Shown in pieces: positions 46,804-55,732 of a DNA stretch of 64,000 bases (position 1 is its first letter; each line of letters starts with the position of its first letter). The position numbers and the translations under genes were made by a program. Location of the stretch: positions 27-64,026 of the forward strand of contig JACQCK010000044.1 in NCBI GenBank assembly GCA_016201695.1. The letters run 5' to 3'. This DNA comes from Candidatus Roizmanbacteria bacterium (GTDB taxonomy: Bacteria > Patescibacteriota > Microgenomatia > UBA1406 > GWC2-37-13). A model generated the notes under the pieces. The model saw only the letters and a program-made list of their open reading frames with translations, had not been told where the DNA came from and did not search any database.

Positions 46804-47268
46804 ATGAAGTCTTTCCAATTTACCAAGGACGGTTTTGAGAAGCTGAAAAAAGAGCTCGAGGATTTAACAGGCAAAAAACGCCCGTACGCCGTTGACCGAC
46901 TGCAGCGAGCCCGCGCCATGGGCGATCTTTCCGAAAACAGCGAGTATGTTGCCGCCAAAGAGGACCTGGCCTTTATCGAGGGCAGGATTCAGGAACTGGA
47001 AGAAGTCGTTAAAAACGCCATCGTTGTTGAAACCCATGTTGATGCCCAAACAATAGAAATCGGTTCTCATATTGTTGTGACTAAAGCCGGCCGCGAAGAG
47101 GAGTTCACCATCGTTGGCGAGTTTGAAGCCGATCCTTTACATAAAAAAGTTTCTTATACTTCGCCGCTCGGCAAGGCGCTCCTTGACAAAAAAATCGGCG
47201 AGGAGGTAGAAATTACCGCTCCGGCCGGTAAGCACCGCTATAAAATACTCGCGATAAAAAAAATCTGA
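46804..47268 (+). CDS. greA: Transcription elongation factor GreA
   Basis: GDLSENSEYVAAKE motif; 154 aa. Confidence 0.9.
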   Translation: MKSFQFTKDGFEKLKKELEDLTGKKRPYAVDRLQRARAMGDLSENSEYVAAKEDLAFIEGRIQELEEVVKNAIVVETHVDAQTIEIGSHIVVTKAGREEEFTIVGEFEADPLHKKVSYTSPLGKALLDKKIGEEVEITAPAGKHRYKILAIKKI

Positions 47269-47297
47269 TTGCGTCAGACTCGTGATATACTATCTTT

Positions 47298-48740
47298 ATG
47301 ATCTGGGTTGACCGCGAAGTGCAAAAACTGAAAAACCGCCAAAATGCTATTGAGTGGGTAGACGATATGAAGACTCCGTCAGGGCGCGTTCATGTCGGTG
47401 CCCTACGCGGCGTCGTCATCCATGACCTCGTTTACAAAGCGCTGCTTGAAAATAACATCAAAGCCAAGTTTACTTATGTTTTCAATGATCTTGACCCGAT
47501 GGACGCCATTCCGTCATATATTAAGTTTTCACAGTGGCAAAAATACGAAGGGGTTCCACTGTATAAAATTCCCTCGCCAGAAAAAGGCTACGCCAGTTTT
47601 GCCGAATTTTACGCTAAGGAATTTCAACATGTTTTTGAGTCAATCAACTGTCACCCGGAAATAATCTGGTCTTCCAAACTGTATCTGTCCGGTCAGATGA
47701 ATGCTGTCATCCGCGAAGTTCTCGACAACGCCAAAACCGTCCGCACAATCTATAGTCGCATCGCCAAAGCCCATAAAGCGGACGATTGGTATCCTTTTCA
47801 GGTCGTTTGCGAAAACTGCGGCAAAGTCGGGACTACGGTCGTCTACGACTGGGACGGCAAACATGTTTTTTATCATTGCCAACCACAGCTGGTTGTCTGG
47901 GCTAAGGGATGCGGTCACAAAGGAAAAATTACGCCGTTTGACGGACACGGAAAATTACCCTGGAAAATTGATTGGCCCGCCCATTGGAAAGTAATGGGTG
48001 TCACCATTGAAGGATCCGGCAAGGATCACATGTCTTCCGGCGGCTCGTATGATTTTGCGTCGGCAATTTGCCGGGAAGTTTTGCACATTGAACCGCCGTA
48101 TGCCATACCGTATGAATGGTTTACAATCGGCGGCCGGAAAATGTCTTCCTCAAAAGGCATCGGCAGTTCTGCCAAAGAAGTGGCGCAAATCCTGCCGGCT
48201 GATGTTTTGAGATTTTTAATTGTCCGGACTCCGATCGCGACCGCGCTCGACTTTAATCCGTACGGCGAAACAATTCTAAATTTATTTGATGATTATGACC
48301 GGTGTCTCGAGGCTCATTTTACTGTCATTGAGAAAAAAATTCCTTCGGGAAAACCGGGCGAGGTGATCCTGGAGTTTGCCCGAATTATCGAACTCTCTGA
48401 AGTGAGGCCGCTTCCGCAAAAGAGAATCTTTTTGCCCCGCTTCCGAACCGTGGTCAATCTCTTGAAATCAAAAGCCGCTCTTTTAGAATTCTTTGAAAAA
48501 CAAAAGGGAAATAAATTGAACGCTGAAGAAAAAAGTCTGCTTGAAGAGCGGGAAATTTTCGCGCAGGTATATCTAAAATCGTATGCCGCCGCCGGAGAAA
48601 AGCTGACGTTCCTCGCCCGTCTTCCGGCAAATTTATCCCTGACTGCCAACCAAAAGAAGTTTCTTAACGGCTTAAGAACTAATCTTAAGCCAATAATTAA
48701 TCCGCCGACCCGCGACGAACTGCAAAATATAGTGTTCTAG
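47298..48740 (+). CDS. lysK: Class I lysine--tRNA ligase, ending at a TAG that looks premature (see findings)
   Basis: PSGRVHVGALRG (HIGH-like) and KMSSSKG (KMSKS). TGaTATACT-N6-ATG lies upstream. Confidence 0.75.
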   Translation: MIWVDREVQKLKNRQNAIEWVDDMKTPSGRVHVGALRGVVIHDLVYKALLENNIKAKFTYVFNDLDPMDAIPSYIKFSQWQKYEGVPLYKIPSPEKGYASFAEFYAKEFQHVFESINCHPEIIWSSKLYLSGQMNAVIREVLDNAKTVRTIYSRIAKAHKADDWYPFQVVCENCGKVGTTVVYDWDGKHVFYHCQPQLVVWAKGCGHKGKITPFDGHGKLPWKIDWPAHWKVMGVTIEGSGKDHMSSGGSYDFASAICREVLHIEPPYAIPYEWFTIGGRKMSSSKGIGSSAKEVAQILPADVLRFLIVRTPIATALDFNPYGETILNLFDDYDRCLEAHFTVIEKKIPSGKPGEVILEFARIIELSEVRPLPQKRIFLPRFRTVVNLLKSKAALLEFFEKQKGNKLNAEEKSLLEEREIFAQVYLKSYAAAGEKLTFLARLPANLSLTANQKKFLNGLRTNLKPIINPPTRDELQNIVF

Positions 48741-48885
48741 ATTCTAAAAAACGGTGATTATCAGGTAAAAGAAGTATTTCCGGCCTTTTATCAAATTCTA
48801 TCGGGACATAAATTCGGCCCCAAAGCCGCCGATTTAATCCTCGAATTCGGGCTCGACAAAGTCATTCGCCGCTTAGATGAGGTAG

Positions 48886-48914
48886 TTGACAAGCAAAAAT
48901 AACCAAGGTATACT
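48886..48914 (+). promoter_or_regulatory. Consensus promoter TTGACA-N17-TATACT, 5 nt from the ATG at 48920
   Basis: -35 at 48886..48891, -10 at 48909..48914. Confidence 0.65.
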
Positions 48915-48919
48915 GCTTC

Positions 48920-49483
48920 ATGAAATATACGGCTCCTTCTTGGGAATCGTTTCATACTTCAGTTTTTCGCCTCGCCAAAAAAATTTATGCCAGCGACTAT
49001 CGCTTTGATCTTATTGTTGCCATAGCCCGAGGAGGTCTGACCGTGGCCCACATTTTCTCCGATTTCTTCAACCGCCCCATCACAACCTTTACGATCTCAA
49101 CTTACACTGACCTCAAGCAGCATCGCGTGCCGGAAATTATTCTAAAGATCGGGGATAAATTAGACCATAAGCAGATACTCCTCGTTGACGACGTATCGGA
49201 TACCGGCAAAACTTTTGTCCGGGGGATAAATTATCTTAAAGAGTTAGGCGCTTCCGAAATCAGAACCGCCGCGGTTTATATTAAGCCGTGGACAAAATTT
49301 GTTCCGGACTACTTTGTTAAAAAAACCGCTGCTTGGATTGTTTTTCCTTATGAAGTTAAGGAAACAATCGGTGCTTTATCCAAAAACCTAAAGCAGGAAA
49401 AAATCTCCGATAGGAAAATAAGGAAAGTCTTTGCTAAGATTGGGATACCGAAGCGATATTTGGATTTCTTTTATTCATCTTAA
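48920..49483 (+). CDS. Purine phosphoribosyltransferase (Gpt/Hpt-like)
   Basis: ILLVDDVSDTGKTF PRPP loop and WIVFPYE. Confidence 0.7.
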   Translation: MKYTAPSWESFHTSVFRLAKKIYASDYRFDLIVAIARGGLTVAHIFSDFFNRPITTFTISTYTDLKQHRVPEIILKIGDKLDHKQILLVDDVSDTGKTFVRGINYLKELGASEIRTAAVYIKPWTKFVPDYFVKKTAAWIVFPYEVKETIGALSKNLKQEKISDRKIRKVFAKIGIPKRYLDFFYSS

Positions 49484-49489
49484 GTTGTT

Positions 49490-51008
49490 ATGATACGCAT
49501 CATTGACTTTGGTTCACAGACGACTCACCTGATTTCAAGAAGAATCCGCGAACTTGGTTCTCCGGTTGAAATAACCACTCCGCAACTGGCTCTCGAATTC
49601 AAAGGCGTGCTACCGGACGGAATTATTTTTTCCGGCGGCCCGGCTTCGGTTTACGAAAAAAGCGCCCCGACAATTGATAAAAAACTAATGAGTCTTAACA
49701 TTCCTATTCTGGGTATCTGTTATGGCGAACAGCTCATTTCTTATTTGGCAAACGGCCGGGTCCGGCCCGCAAAAAGAAGGAATACGGCCCGGCGACACTA
49801 AACATAAATGGCGCCTGCCGGCTGCTCTTGAATATTCCGGCCCGCTCGCCGGTATGGATGTCGCACGGTGACGAAGTCGTCAAAATTCCGGCCGGTTTCA
49901 AAACGCTCGCCGCCACCGAAACTATCCGTCATGCCGTCATCGCCGATGAACAGAAAAATATTTACGGCATTCAGTTTCACCCCGAAGTTATCCATACGAA
50001 ATAAGGCCGGGAGATTCTCACCAACTTTCTCAAAATCTGTCAGGTCAGATTAAATAAACAGTTTCTTGATAAAACTTTTGTCAAGCAGCTTGTTTCAGAT
50101 ATTAAAATAAAAGTCCATCAGGAAAAAGCCATCTGCGCCCTGTCAGGCGGCGTTGATTCCACGGTGGCCGCACTACTCGTTCACCGGGCGGTCGGCAGTC
50201 GCCTTACTTCAGTATATATCGACTCGGGGCTCATGCGGGAGAATGAAACCAGCGAACTAAAAAAAGTATTCGCCAAGTATTATCTTTTGAAAATAAAAGT
50301 CGTCAACGCCAAAGAAATTTTTTTAGAAAATCTGAAGGGGGTAATCAACCCCGAAAAAAAGCGACAGATCATCGGCCGGACTTTTATCAAAGTACTGGAA
50401 AAAGAAGCAAAAAAAACCGGCGCCCGCTTTTTAGTACAAGGAACAATCTATCCAGACGTCATCGAAAGCGCCGGCACCAAACACAGTCAAAAAATAAAGA
50501 CGCACCATAACGTTGCCGGACTCCCCAAGCATATGAATCTGGCTCTTATCGAGCCACTGCGGACTTTCTATAAGGACGAAGTCAGAAAAATCGGCGCGCT
50601 TCTTGATCTTCCCGCCCACATTATTCAGCGCCAGCCGTTTCCCGGCCCGGGTCTGGCGATCCGTATTATCGGCAAAGTCACCCGGAAAAAATTGCAGATT
50701 TTGCGAAAATCAGACCGGATTATCCAGGAAGAAATCGCAAGGACAAAATTAAACAAAAACTGTGGCAGGTATTTGCCGTCTATACCGGCATAAAAACGAC
50801 CGGCGTCCGCGGCGACAACCGCGCCTACGGCGACACCATCGGGATCAGAGCGCTCCTGGCCAAAGACGCCATGAGCGCCAGTTGGGCCCGCCTGCCTTAT
50901 GATTTGTTGGATAAAATGAGTGTTCGCATCGTCAACGAGATTCCATCGGTCAATCGTGTTGTCTATGACATTACCAACAAGCCCCCGGCCACGATGGAGT
51001 GGGAATAA
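49490..51008 (+). pseudogene. guaA: GMP synthase (glutamine-hydrolysing) with two frameshifts and one in-frame TAA
   Basis: Collinear GuaA segments lie in three frames: GICYGEQL..., then KKEYGPATL...VWMSHGD...FHPEVIHTK*GREILTNF...SGGVDS...FPGPGLAIR, then LWQVFAV...KPPATMEWE*. The shifts occur at A5 runs (49771..49775 and 50755..50759). The TAA is at 50002..50004. Confidence 0.85.
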
Positions 51009-51010
51009 AG

Positions 51011-51718
51011 TCAGATCACCCTTAATGCTTCGCGTTCGGCCATGAGACAAAACTGCCCGGCGGCATTGTCTATTTCCGCAACCCTCACGACCGAAAAAGC
51101 CGGCACATCTGGGTGTCCGGTTCCATGTTGCTCCACCCATCCCTGATAATCTTTATCCATCCCGACGCCCCAGGCAACCCGAACACCACTTTGCCCTGAC
51201 ACCGCGCCCAAAACCGGGCCACCCGCGCCGTACCTGGCGGCAACGTCGTCAATCACCAAAACGGCGCTACCCTCGGCAAAATTAGGTACCCCAAACCAGC
51301 ACCGCCCTTGTGTTTTATACGACCGGCCCTCGACTACTATTCCGTCATGTTCTACCGGTGGATTAACATATTTTATTGCATAAGTTATTTCGGGCGCCGG
51401 AAGATGACGGCTGACCGCTTGAGCCAGACCGGCGCCGGCGTCAAGAATCCCCAAGATGTGAGTCGGCTGAAAAGCGGAAAAGACATAAGCCAGAATCTCC
51501 CCCATTTTGTCCTCGATAGCCGGATTTCTGCCTGGATCTTTATTAAACTCACCCCAACTAATATAATCGGGTATCGTTGGATGAAGAGTCGCGTTGGCTA
51601 AGATGCGACTACGCAGTCCCCGCCAACTGACTAATAGATTTGGCGGCAAATTAACCTCCGTCCTCCTTCTTAAGCTTATAGCACTATCAATTAACTGATT
51701 TGGCAAACGTAAACCCAT
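51011..51718 (-). CDS. Type I PRTase-fold protein with a degenerate PRPP loop
   Basis: ILGILDAGAGLAQAV... then AVLVIDDVAARYGAGG, where canonical enzymes have VDDVxxTGxT. Confidence 0.5.
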   Translation of the reverse strand: MGLRLPNQLIDSAISLRRRTEVNLPPNLLVSWRGLRSRILANATLHPTIPDYISWGEFNKDPGRNPAIEDKMGEILAYVFSAFQPTHILGILDAGAGLAQAVSRHLPAPEITYAIKYVNPPVEHDGIVVEGRSYKTQGRCWFGVPNFAEGSAVLVIDDVAARYGAGGPVLGAVSGQSGVRVAWGVGMDKDYQGWVEQHGTGHPDVPAFSVVRVAEIDNAAGQFCLMAEREALRVI

Positions 51719-51720
51719 AT

Positions 51721-51744
51721 AAAAAAATCGGCCGCTCGGGCCGA
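51721..51744 (-). terminator. Intrinsic terminator (6-bp GC stem plus U7), 2 nt upstream of the ATG at 51718
   Basis: On the minus strand: tcggcc-cgagc-ggccga-ttttttt-at-ATG. Confidence 0.65.
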
Positions 51745-51809
51745 CAAATTACACCTTTAAATTTTATTAATTTGGGTCAAGAACTTCTTTCTTGATCCTT
51801 CCATGTATA

Positions 51810-51838
51810 TTTTTAGCAAACGACCTTACGAATGTCAA
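51810..51838 (-). promoter_or_regulatory. Promoter-like TTGACA-N17-TAAAAA just downstream of the 292-aa gene stop
   Basis: -35 at 51838..51833, -10 at 51815..51810. Confidence 0.45.
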
Positions 51839-51854
51839 GAGACTATCAGGAAGT

Positions 51855-52733
51855 TCAAAGCATCAGCCTATGAGGCAAACCAAGACAGGCGCACTGCAAA
51901 AACTCCATGAGCGGCGACTCCTCGTCCATTGGTGCACCCCTCATATCCAAACTTCTTCGTAATATGCAATCATCTAAGCTGCCGGTTACCCTGTTGGGAC
52001 TACTTGCGGACCAATTGCTTAATCTAACCTGCATCCTGCGAAAGGGTAGTATTACACCGTCTAGTAATGCCGGTTTGGTGCTTAGCCCGCCCGCATACAT
52101 CATGTTTTGTAACATGTACTCCCGAATCTGCTCGAGGGAGAGCGGGTTATTTTTCCGGTGCCGGGGAGTATCAACGTTCAAAAGTCCGACATCAACAGAC
52201 ATATGTAACAATCGGGGAAACTGATCTCCTTTTTCTACAATCGCAACACCGGTATCGGAGCGCATAATAATATCACCCTCTAATCTCTCGCGGTTATAAA
52301 ATTCTATTATCATTTGAACGTCCTCCGGTCCTTTCGGTTTCTGCAATACCATCGTCTCACCATAAGGACCGCAAACGGCCCAGTTGCTATCGGTGACAAA
52401 ATATGTGTTTTTTGGTTCCAAATGGTCCGGAAAAGCCACGAGCATACCCGCTTTCATAACCGCACCGGCAACAGTGTAAGGGTAGTCCCCCATACTGGTG
52501 TATTCCGTCACCATCTTATCGGCGTTGGGAACTAAAGCTTTGTGCCTTTTTTCTCCTGAATCCACTAAGTGAACTAACCACGGGTCATCGGTCGTATTCA
52601 GCCCGAGTCTTGCACAATAATCTCTTTTTATTGGACTATTAGTAACGAATTCATGCCGCACGCTTTTTTGCGGATTCAAAAGTGAAAGGTAAAATTTAAT
52701 CGGATCGTCTGTTGGTTTGATTCTCTCTGACAT
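51855..52733 (-). CDS. Hypothetical protein (orphan member of the cluster)
   Basis: 292-aa ORF, 17 nt downstream of the UPRT-like gene; no motif recognised. Confidence 0.5.
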   Translation of the reverse strand: MSERIKPTDDPIKFYLSLLNPQKSVRHEFVTNSPIKRDYCARLGLNTTDDPWLVHLVDSGEKRHKALVPNADKMVTEYTSMGDYPYTVAGAVMKAGMLVAFPDHLEPKNTYFVTDSNWAVCGPYGETMVLQKPKGPEDVQMIIEFYNRERLEGDIIMRSDTGVAIVEKGDQFPRLLHMSVDVGLLNVDTPRHRKNNPLSLEQIREYMLQNMMYAGGLSTKPALLDGVILPFRRMQVRLSNWSASSPNRVTGSLDDCILRRSLDMRGAPMDEESPLMEFLQCACLGLPHRLML

Positions 52734-52750
52734 TTCTGTACTAAATTTAT

Positions 52751-53698
52751 TTAATCCAGTGAGCGGACAAATTGGGGAAGAAATCGGTCTAAAGCATCTC
52801 CGGCATCACCGACTACGCGCGGTTCTTCGTGTTCATTATCACCAACAAGATAATACTGGGGATTCATTTCTCGCGATCTGGCTAAGGTATAAAAAAAAGT
52901 CCTGATATCCATTTTTTTCATTGCTTCACTTAAAAGCTTCATGCCTTGCTGTGTCGCCAGAACGGTCTTAAATATAATCATTGCCGGCTTTATTCCCTGC
53001 TCGACACAAGCCAGTACAAACGCCGCTGCCGAAGCGCCGCTCGCCAGTACCGTATCGCTTATGACAATCGGCTGGTCGTTCACCAATTCCGCCAAACGGT
53101 CGGGATTGTACCACTTGACCGTTACCGCCAGGTGGGTATCCGGGCTTCCTTGGGGGTGAACCCGTTTGGTATTGACCAAGACTTCTTCTGCTATTTCTTC
53201 GTCTTGTCCCCTGCCCATCTCTAATCTGGTACACACGGCGCCGGCGCGGACAAAACTTACCCGGGCGGCGTCGGGAAAATCGGCGCCAAATCGCCCGGCA
53301 TGACTGTTTAAAAGACTGTATGCATCTTGAACATACTGACGATAAACTTCCGCCCACTGTTGATTGGCATAAAAACGACTGTCACGAATCGCTTGCAGTG
53401 CATGATTACCAAGACCGGTCGCCAACTCTCTTGCCTTTGGATAATAATCCTCGAGCGCGATCATTCCGTTACTTTTCGCGCCTTCAATTTCCCACGGAGT
53501 GGTATCGCGCCCGACTAGGCCTTCAAAAATACCCCCGAAGTCGACCATGGCGTGAACCAGCGTATTTTTCGCACGGAATTCCTCCGGATTTTTTATGAGG
53601 TTATTCACGTCAAACAGGCTTCCCGGTGGTCCCGAAATTAGCCGTACCGGCTGATCGACAAAAGTTAATTGCTTAGTGTATGGCGATTCGGCGTTCAT
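52751..53698 (-). CDS. Uracil-PRTase-like protein with an extended N-terminus
   Basis: FVRAGAV (RAG motif), IVISDTVLASGASAAAFV (compare DPMLATGGS), VVGDAGDAL (compare GLGDAGDR). Confidence 0.5.
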   Translation of the reverse strand: MNAESPYTKQLTFVDQPVRLISGPPGSLFDVNNLIKNPEEFRAKNTLVHAMVDFGGIFEGLVGRDTTPWEIEGAKSNGMIALEDYYPKARELATGLGNHALQAIRDSRFYANQQWAEVYRQYVQDAYSLLNSHAGRFGADFPDAARVSFVRAGAVCTRLEMGRGQDEEIAEEVLVNTKRVHPQGSPDTHLAVTVKWYNPDRLAELVNDQPIVISDTVLASGASAAAFVLACVEQGIKPAMIIFKTVLATQQGMKLLSEAMKKMDIRTFFYTLARSREMNPQYYLVGDNEHEEPRVVGDAGDALDRFLPQFVRSLD

Positions 53699-53719
53699 TG
53701 CTTTATATTTTATAAATAA

Positions 53720-54355
53720 TTAACGCGCAAATAAAGGCATATGCCAACGGTCAAACCGACGGTAGTCCGCTATCAGTCGTTTCAGTTGAATTTTATTAAT
53801 CGCCTTGCGCTTTTTCATATATCCGATGAGCTGCTCCATGGTAATCAACGAATGCAGTTTGACTTGGTGTTTATCTTCAAGGCGCGGTCCGTCTTTTTTT
53901 CTTTGCAGTTGGCGGTCGATTATGACAACAATATCCGTTACCGTTAATTTATGATCTTTTATGATTTCGATCGCTTCTGTTTTGCTCTCTCCGGCAAAAA
54001 CAAGGTCGTCTACCAAAATCAACTTTGCCTTGTCGGGAATTATGCCTTCAATAAATTTGCTGCTCAACTGCCTTTCCAGTTTTTTTCGGATGTACAAAAA
54101 CGGCAAGCCGGAGTACAGACTGCAAATCGCGCCCCAAGCAATACCCGATGTCGCAAGACCGATAATCGTATTACCGCTGCACTCATTTTTCACCACCTCG
54201 GTAAGCCGTTTCCCTATGTACTCAAGAATTTCCGGATGAGATAACAATTTTCTCGGATCAAAAAGACACGAGCGCGAATCACCCTTGTTTTTTAAACTTT
54301 CGCCGAAGAAAAGGACTTTCAAATCAATAATTATTTTCGCCAGTTTTGTGTCCAT
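53720..54355 (-). CDS. Orotate-PRTase-like protein with a partly degenerate PRPP loop
   Basis: IIGLATSGIAWGA...FLYIRKKLE...LILVDDLVFAGESKTEAI, compared with the canonical VDDVITTGGS. Confidence 0.55.
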   Translation of the reverse strand: MDTKLAKIIIDLKVLFFGESLKNKGDSRSCLFDPRKLLSHPEILEYIGKRLTEVVKNECSGNTIIGLATSGIAWGAICSLYSGLPFLYIRKKLERQLSSKFIEGIIPDKAKLILVDDLVFAGESKTEAIEIIKDHKLTVTDIVVIIDRQLQRKKDGPRLEDKHQVKLHSLITMEQLIGYMKKRKAINKIQLKRLIADYRRFDRWHMPLFAR

Positions 54356-54365
54356 GTTTATATTA

Positions 54366-55730
54366 TTAAGTCGTCACTAGATTAGGCCTGTCCGTAAGGC
54401 CAGGCGGTACGAATTGGGAATATAGACTGTTTTTATAAGGACGATCTGAATATCCATAGATTGATCCCCAAGCGCCTTGCGTTATTTCTTCCGGCCCAGG
54501 TACCATGGGATCACACCATAAGTTACCAAGCGGGTCAATGTTGGCTACGACCACCCGACCAAAAGGTAAGTGTTGACGAAGCAGAACTTCGCGATGTAAA
54601 GCAGAGTCAGCCGCCAAAGCGAATAAGGAAAGATACCCGGTTGAATTATATAATAATCGTTTTCCTTCCTTATCTCGCCGCATATCGTCTTCAAGTATGG
54701 CCGACATATCGGCGCTTAATTGAGGTAAGTCGCTTTCCTGAATGGCATCACTAAAGGAATGTTCTTTTGGAGAATTACCCCTTATATGATACGGGTCAAC
54801 CATTAAAGGTGATACGGTCCAGCCGACTTGAGTTGGACTGTTGGCTTCTTGTGCATACCTGGCTAATTGAGTCATTTGCTCATATAGTTTAAGTAAATAT
54901 CTGGCGTTACGAGTTGAGATAACGGTATTCATAACAACCCTTCTTACGCGGTTATCGATGAAACGCTTTGCCGCACTTTGACCTGACTCGGCTTTTCTTT
55001 TACGCGAATAGTCATTTTGTTTGCGTTCTTGATCGGTTATATTTCTCGTGACTGGAAAAGGAGTTTTATCGTCCAATAAATTTCTTTCTCCCAGCGTCGG
55101 AAAAAACATTCCGTAGGGATAGTCGAACGAAAAATGAGTGGCAACTTTATAAAGCCAACCTGCGTACAAATGTGCTCTCATTAAGTCACTCATTTCGCCT
55201 GACCCATCGTTTGTTAAGTAGGACACACCATCATCAAATAGGCTATGTTTCAAGTCAGGAACCTCCAGAACCTGATTCATTATGTTCGATAACGGGGGAA
55301 AACCGACAATTGTTCCTCCGATCCACATACCATGCTGGCCGCCTTTTGCGGGAAATTCATTATGAAGAAACCATACCCGCTCCACTAATTCTTCCGGACG
55401 CTTTGCCCGCAGTTCAAGGCGCGGCATTAATCCGTTCTTAATTTTGGCCTTAACGGAATCCGTTGAGTCTTCACAACCAAGGCAGTTTAGGCCACACCGC
55501 AATGTCGGTGATGCCTCGAAACATGAAATTCCCCCTTCGCCTATAAGACCTACCTCTTTTGCCTTGTGGATTGGCGCGACACCGGTGGTTTCTAGCGGAT
55601 CTCTGTGCGCCGTTATATTAAACATTTTGGCGGTACGCTCCGGCTTAATAAATTCCTGCGAACGAAAATATTCAGTCACTATTGTTGGATCGGCGTTAAG
55701 TAAAGAACGTGGGGTGCCCTCAAAAGCCAT
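54366..55730 (-). CDS. Divergent radical-SAM-like protein
   Basis: ASPTLRCGLNCLGCE contains CX3CX2C in the usual context. A downstream WIGGTIVGFPPL resembles the GGE SAM motif. The remaining 454 aa are unassigned. Confidence 0.45.
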   Translation of the reverse strand: MAFEGTPRSLLNADPTIVTEYFRSQEFIKPERTAKMFNITAHRDPLETTGVAPIHKAKEVGLIGEGGISCFEASPTLRCGLNCLGCEDSTDSVKAKIKNGLMPRLELRAKRPEELVERVWFLHNEFPAKGGQHGMWIGGTIVGFPPLSNIMNQVLEVPDLKHSLFDDGVSYLTNDGSGEMSDLMRAHLYAGWLYKVATHFSFDYPYGMFFPTLGERNLLDDKTPFPVTRNITDQERKQNDYSRKRKAESGQSAAKRFIDNRVRRVVMNTVISTRNARYLLKLYEQMTQLARYAQEANSPTQVGWTVSPLMVDPYHIRGNSPKEHSFSDAIQESDLPQLSADMSAILEDDMRRDKEGKRLLYNSTGYLSLFALAADSALHREVLLRQHLPFGRVVVANIDPLGNLWCDPMVPGPEEITQGAWGSIYGYSDRPYKNSLYSQFVPPGLTDRPNLVTT

Positions 55731-55732
55731 AT

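Noticed and set aside
51009-51010. Only 2 nt separate the convergent stops of guaA and the 235-aa gene; a bidirectional terminator might be expected.
   Set aside because: No hairpin fits in or around the 2-nt gap. It is probably just compact genome packing and is not treated as a feature.
50625-51140. 171-aa minus-strand ORF overlapping the end of guaA and the start region of the next gene.
   Set aside because: It is antisense to a clearly GuaA-collinear frame (…KPPATMEWE*), has a low-complexity Arg/Gly-rich composition, and has no start context.
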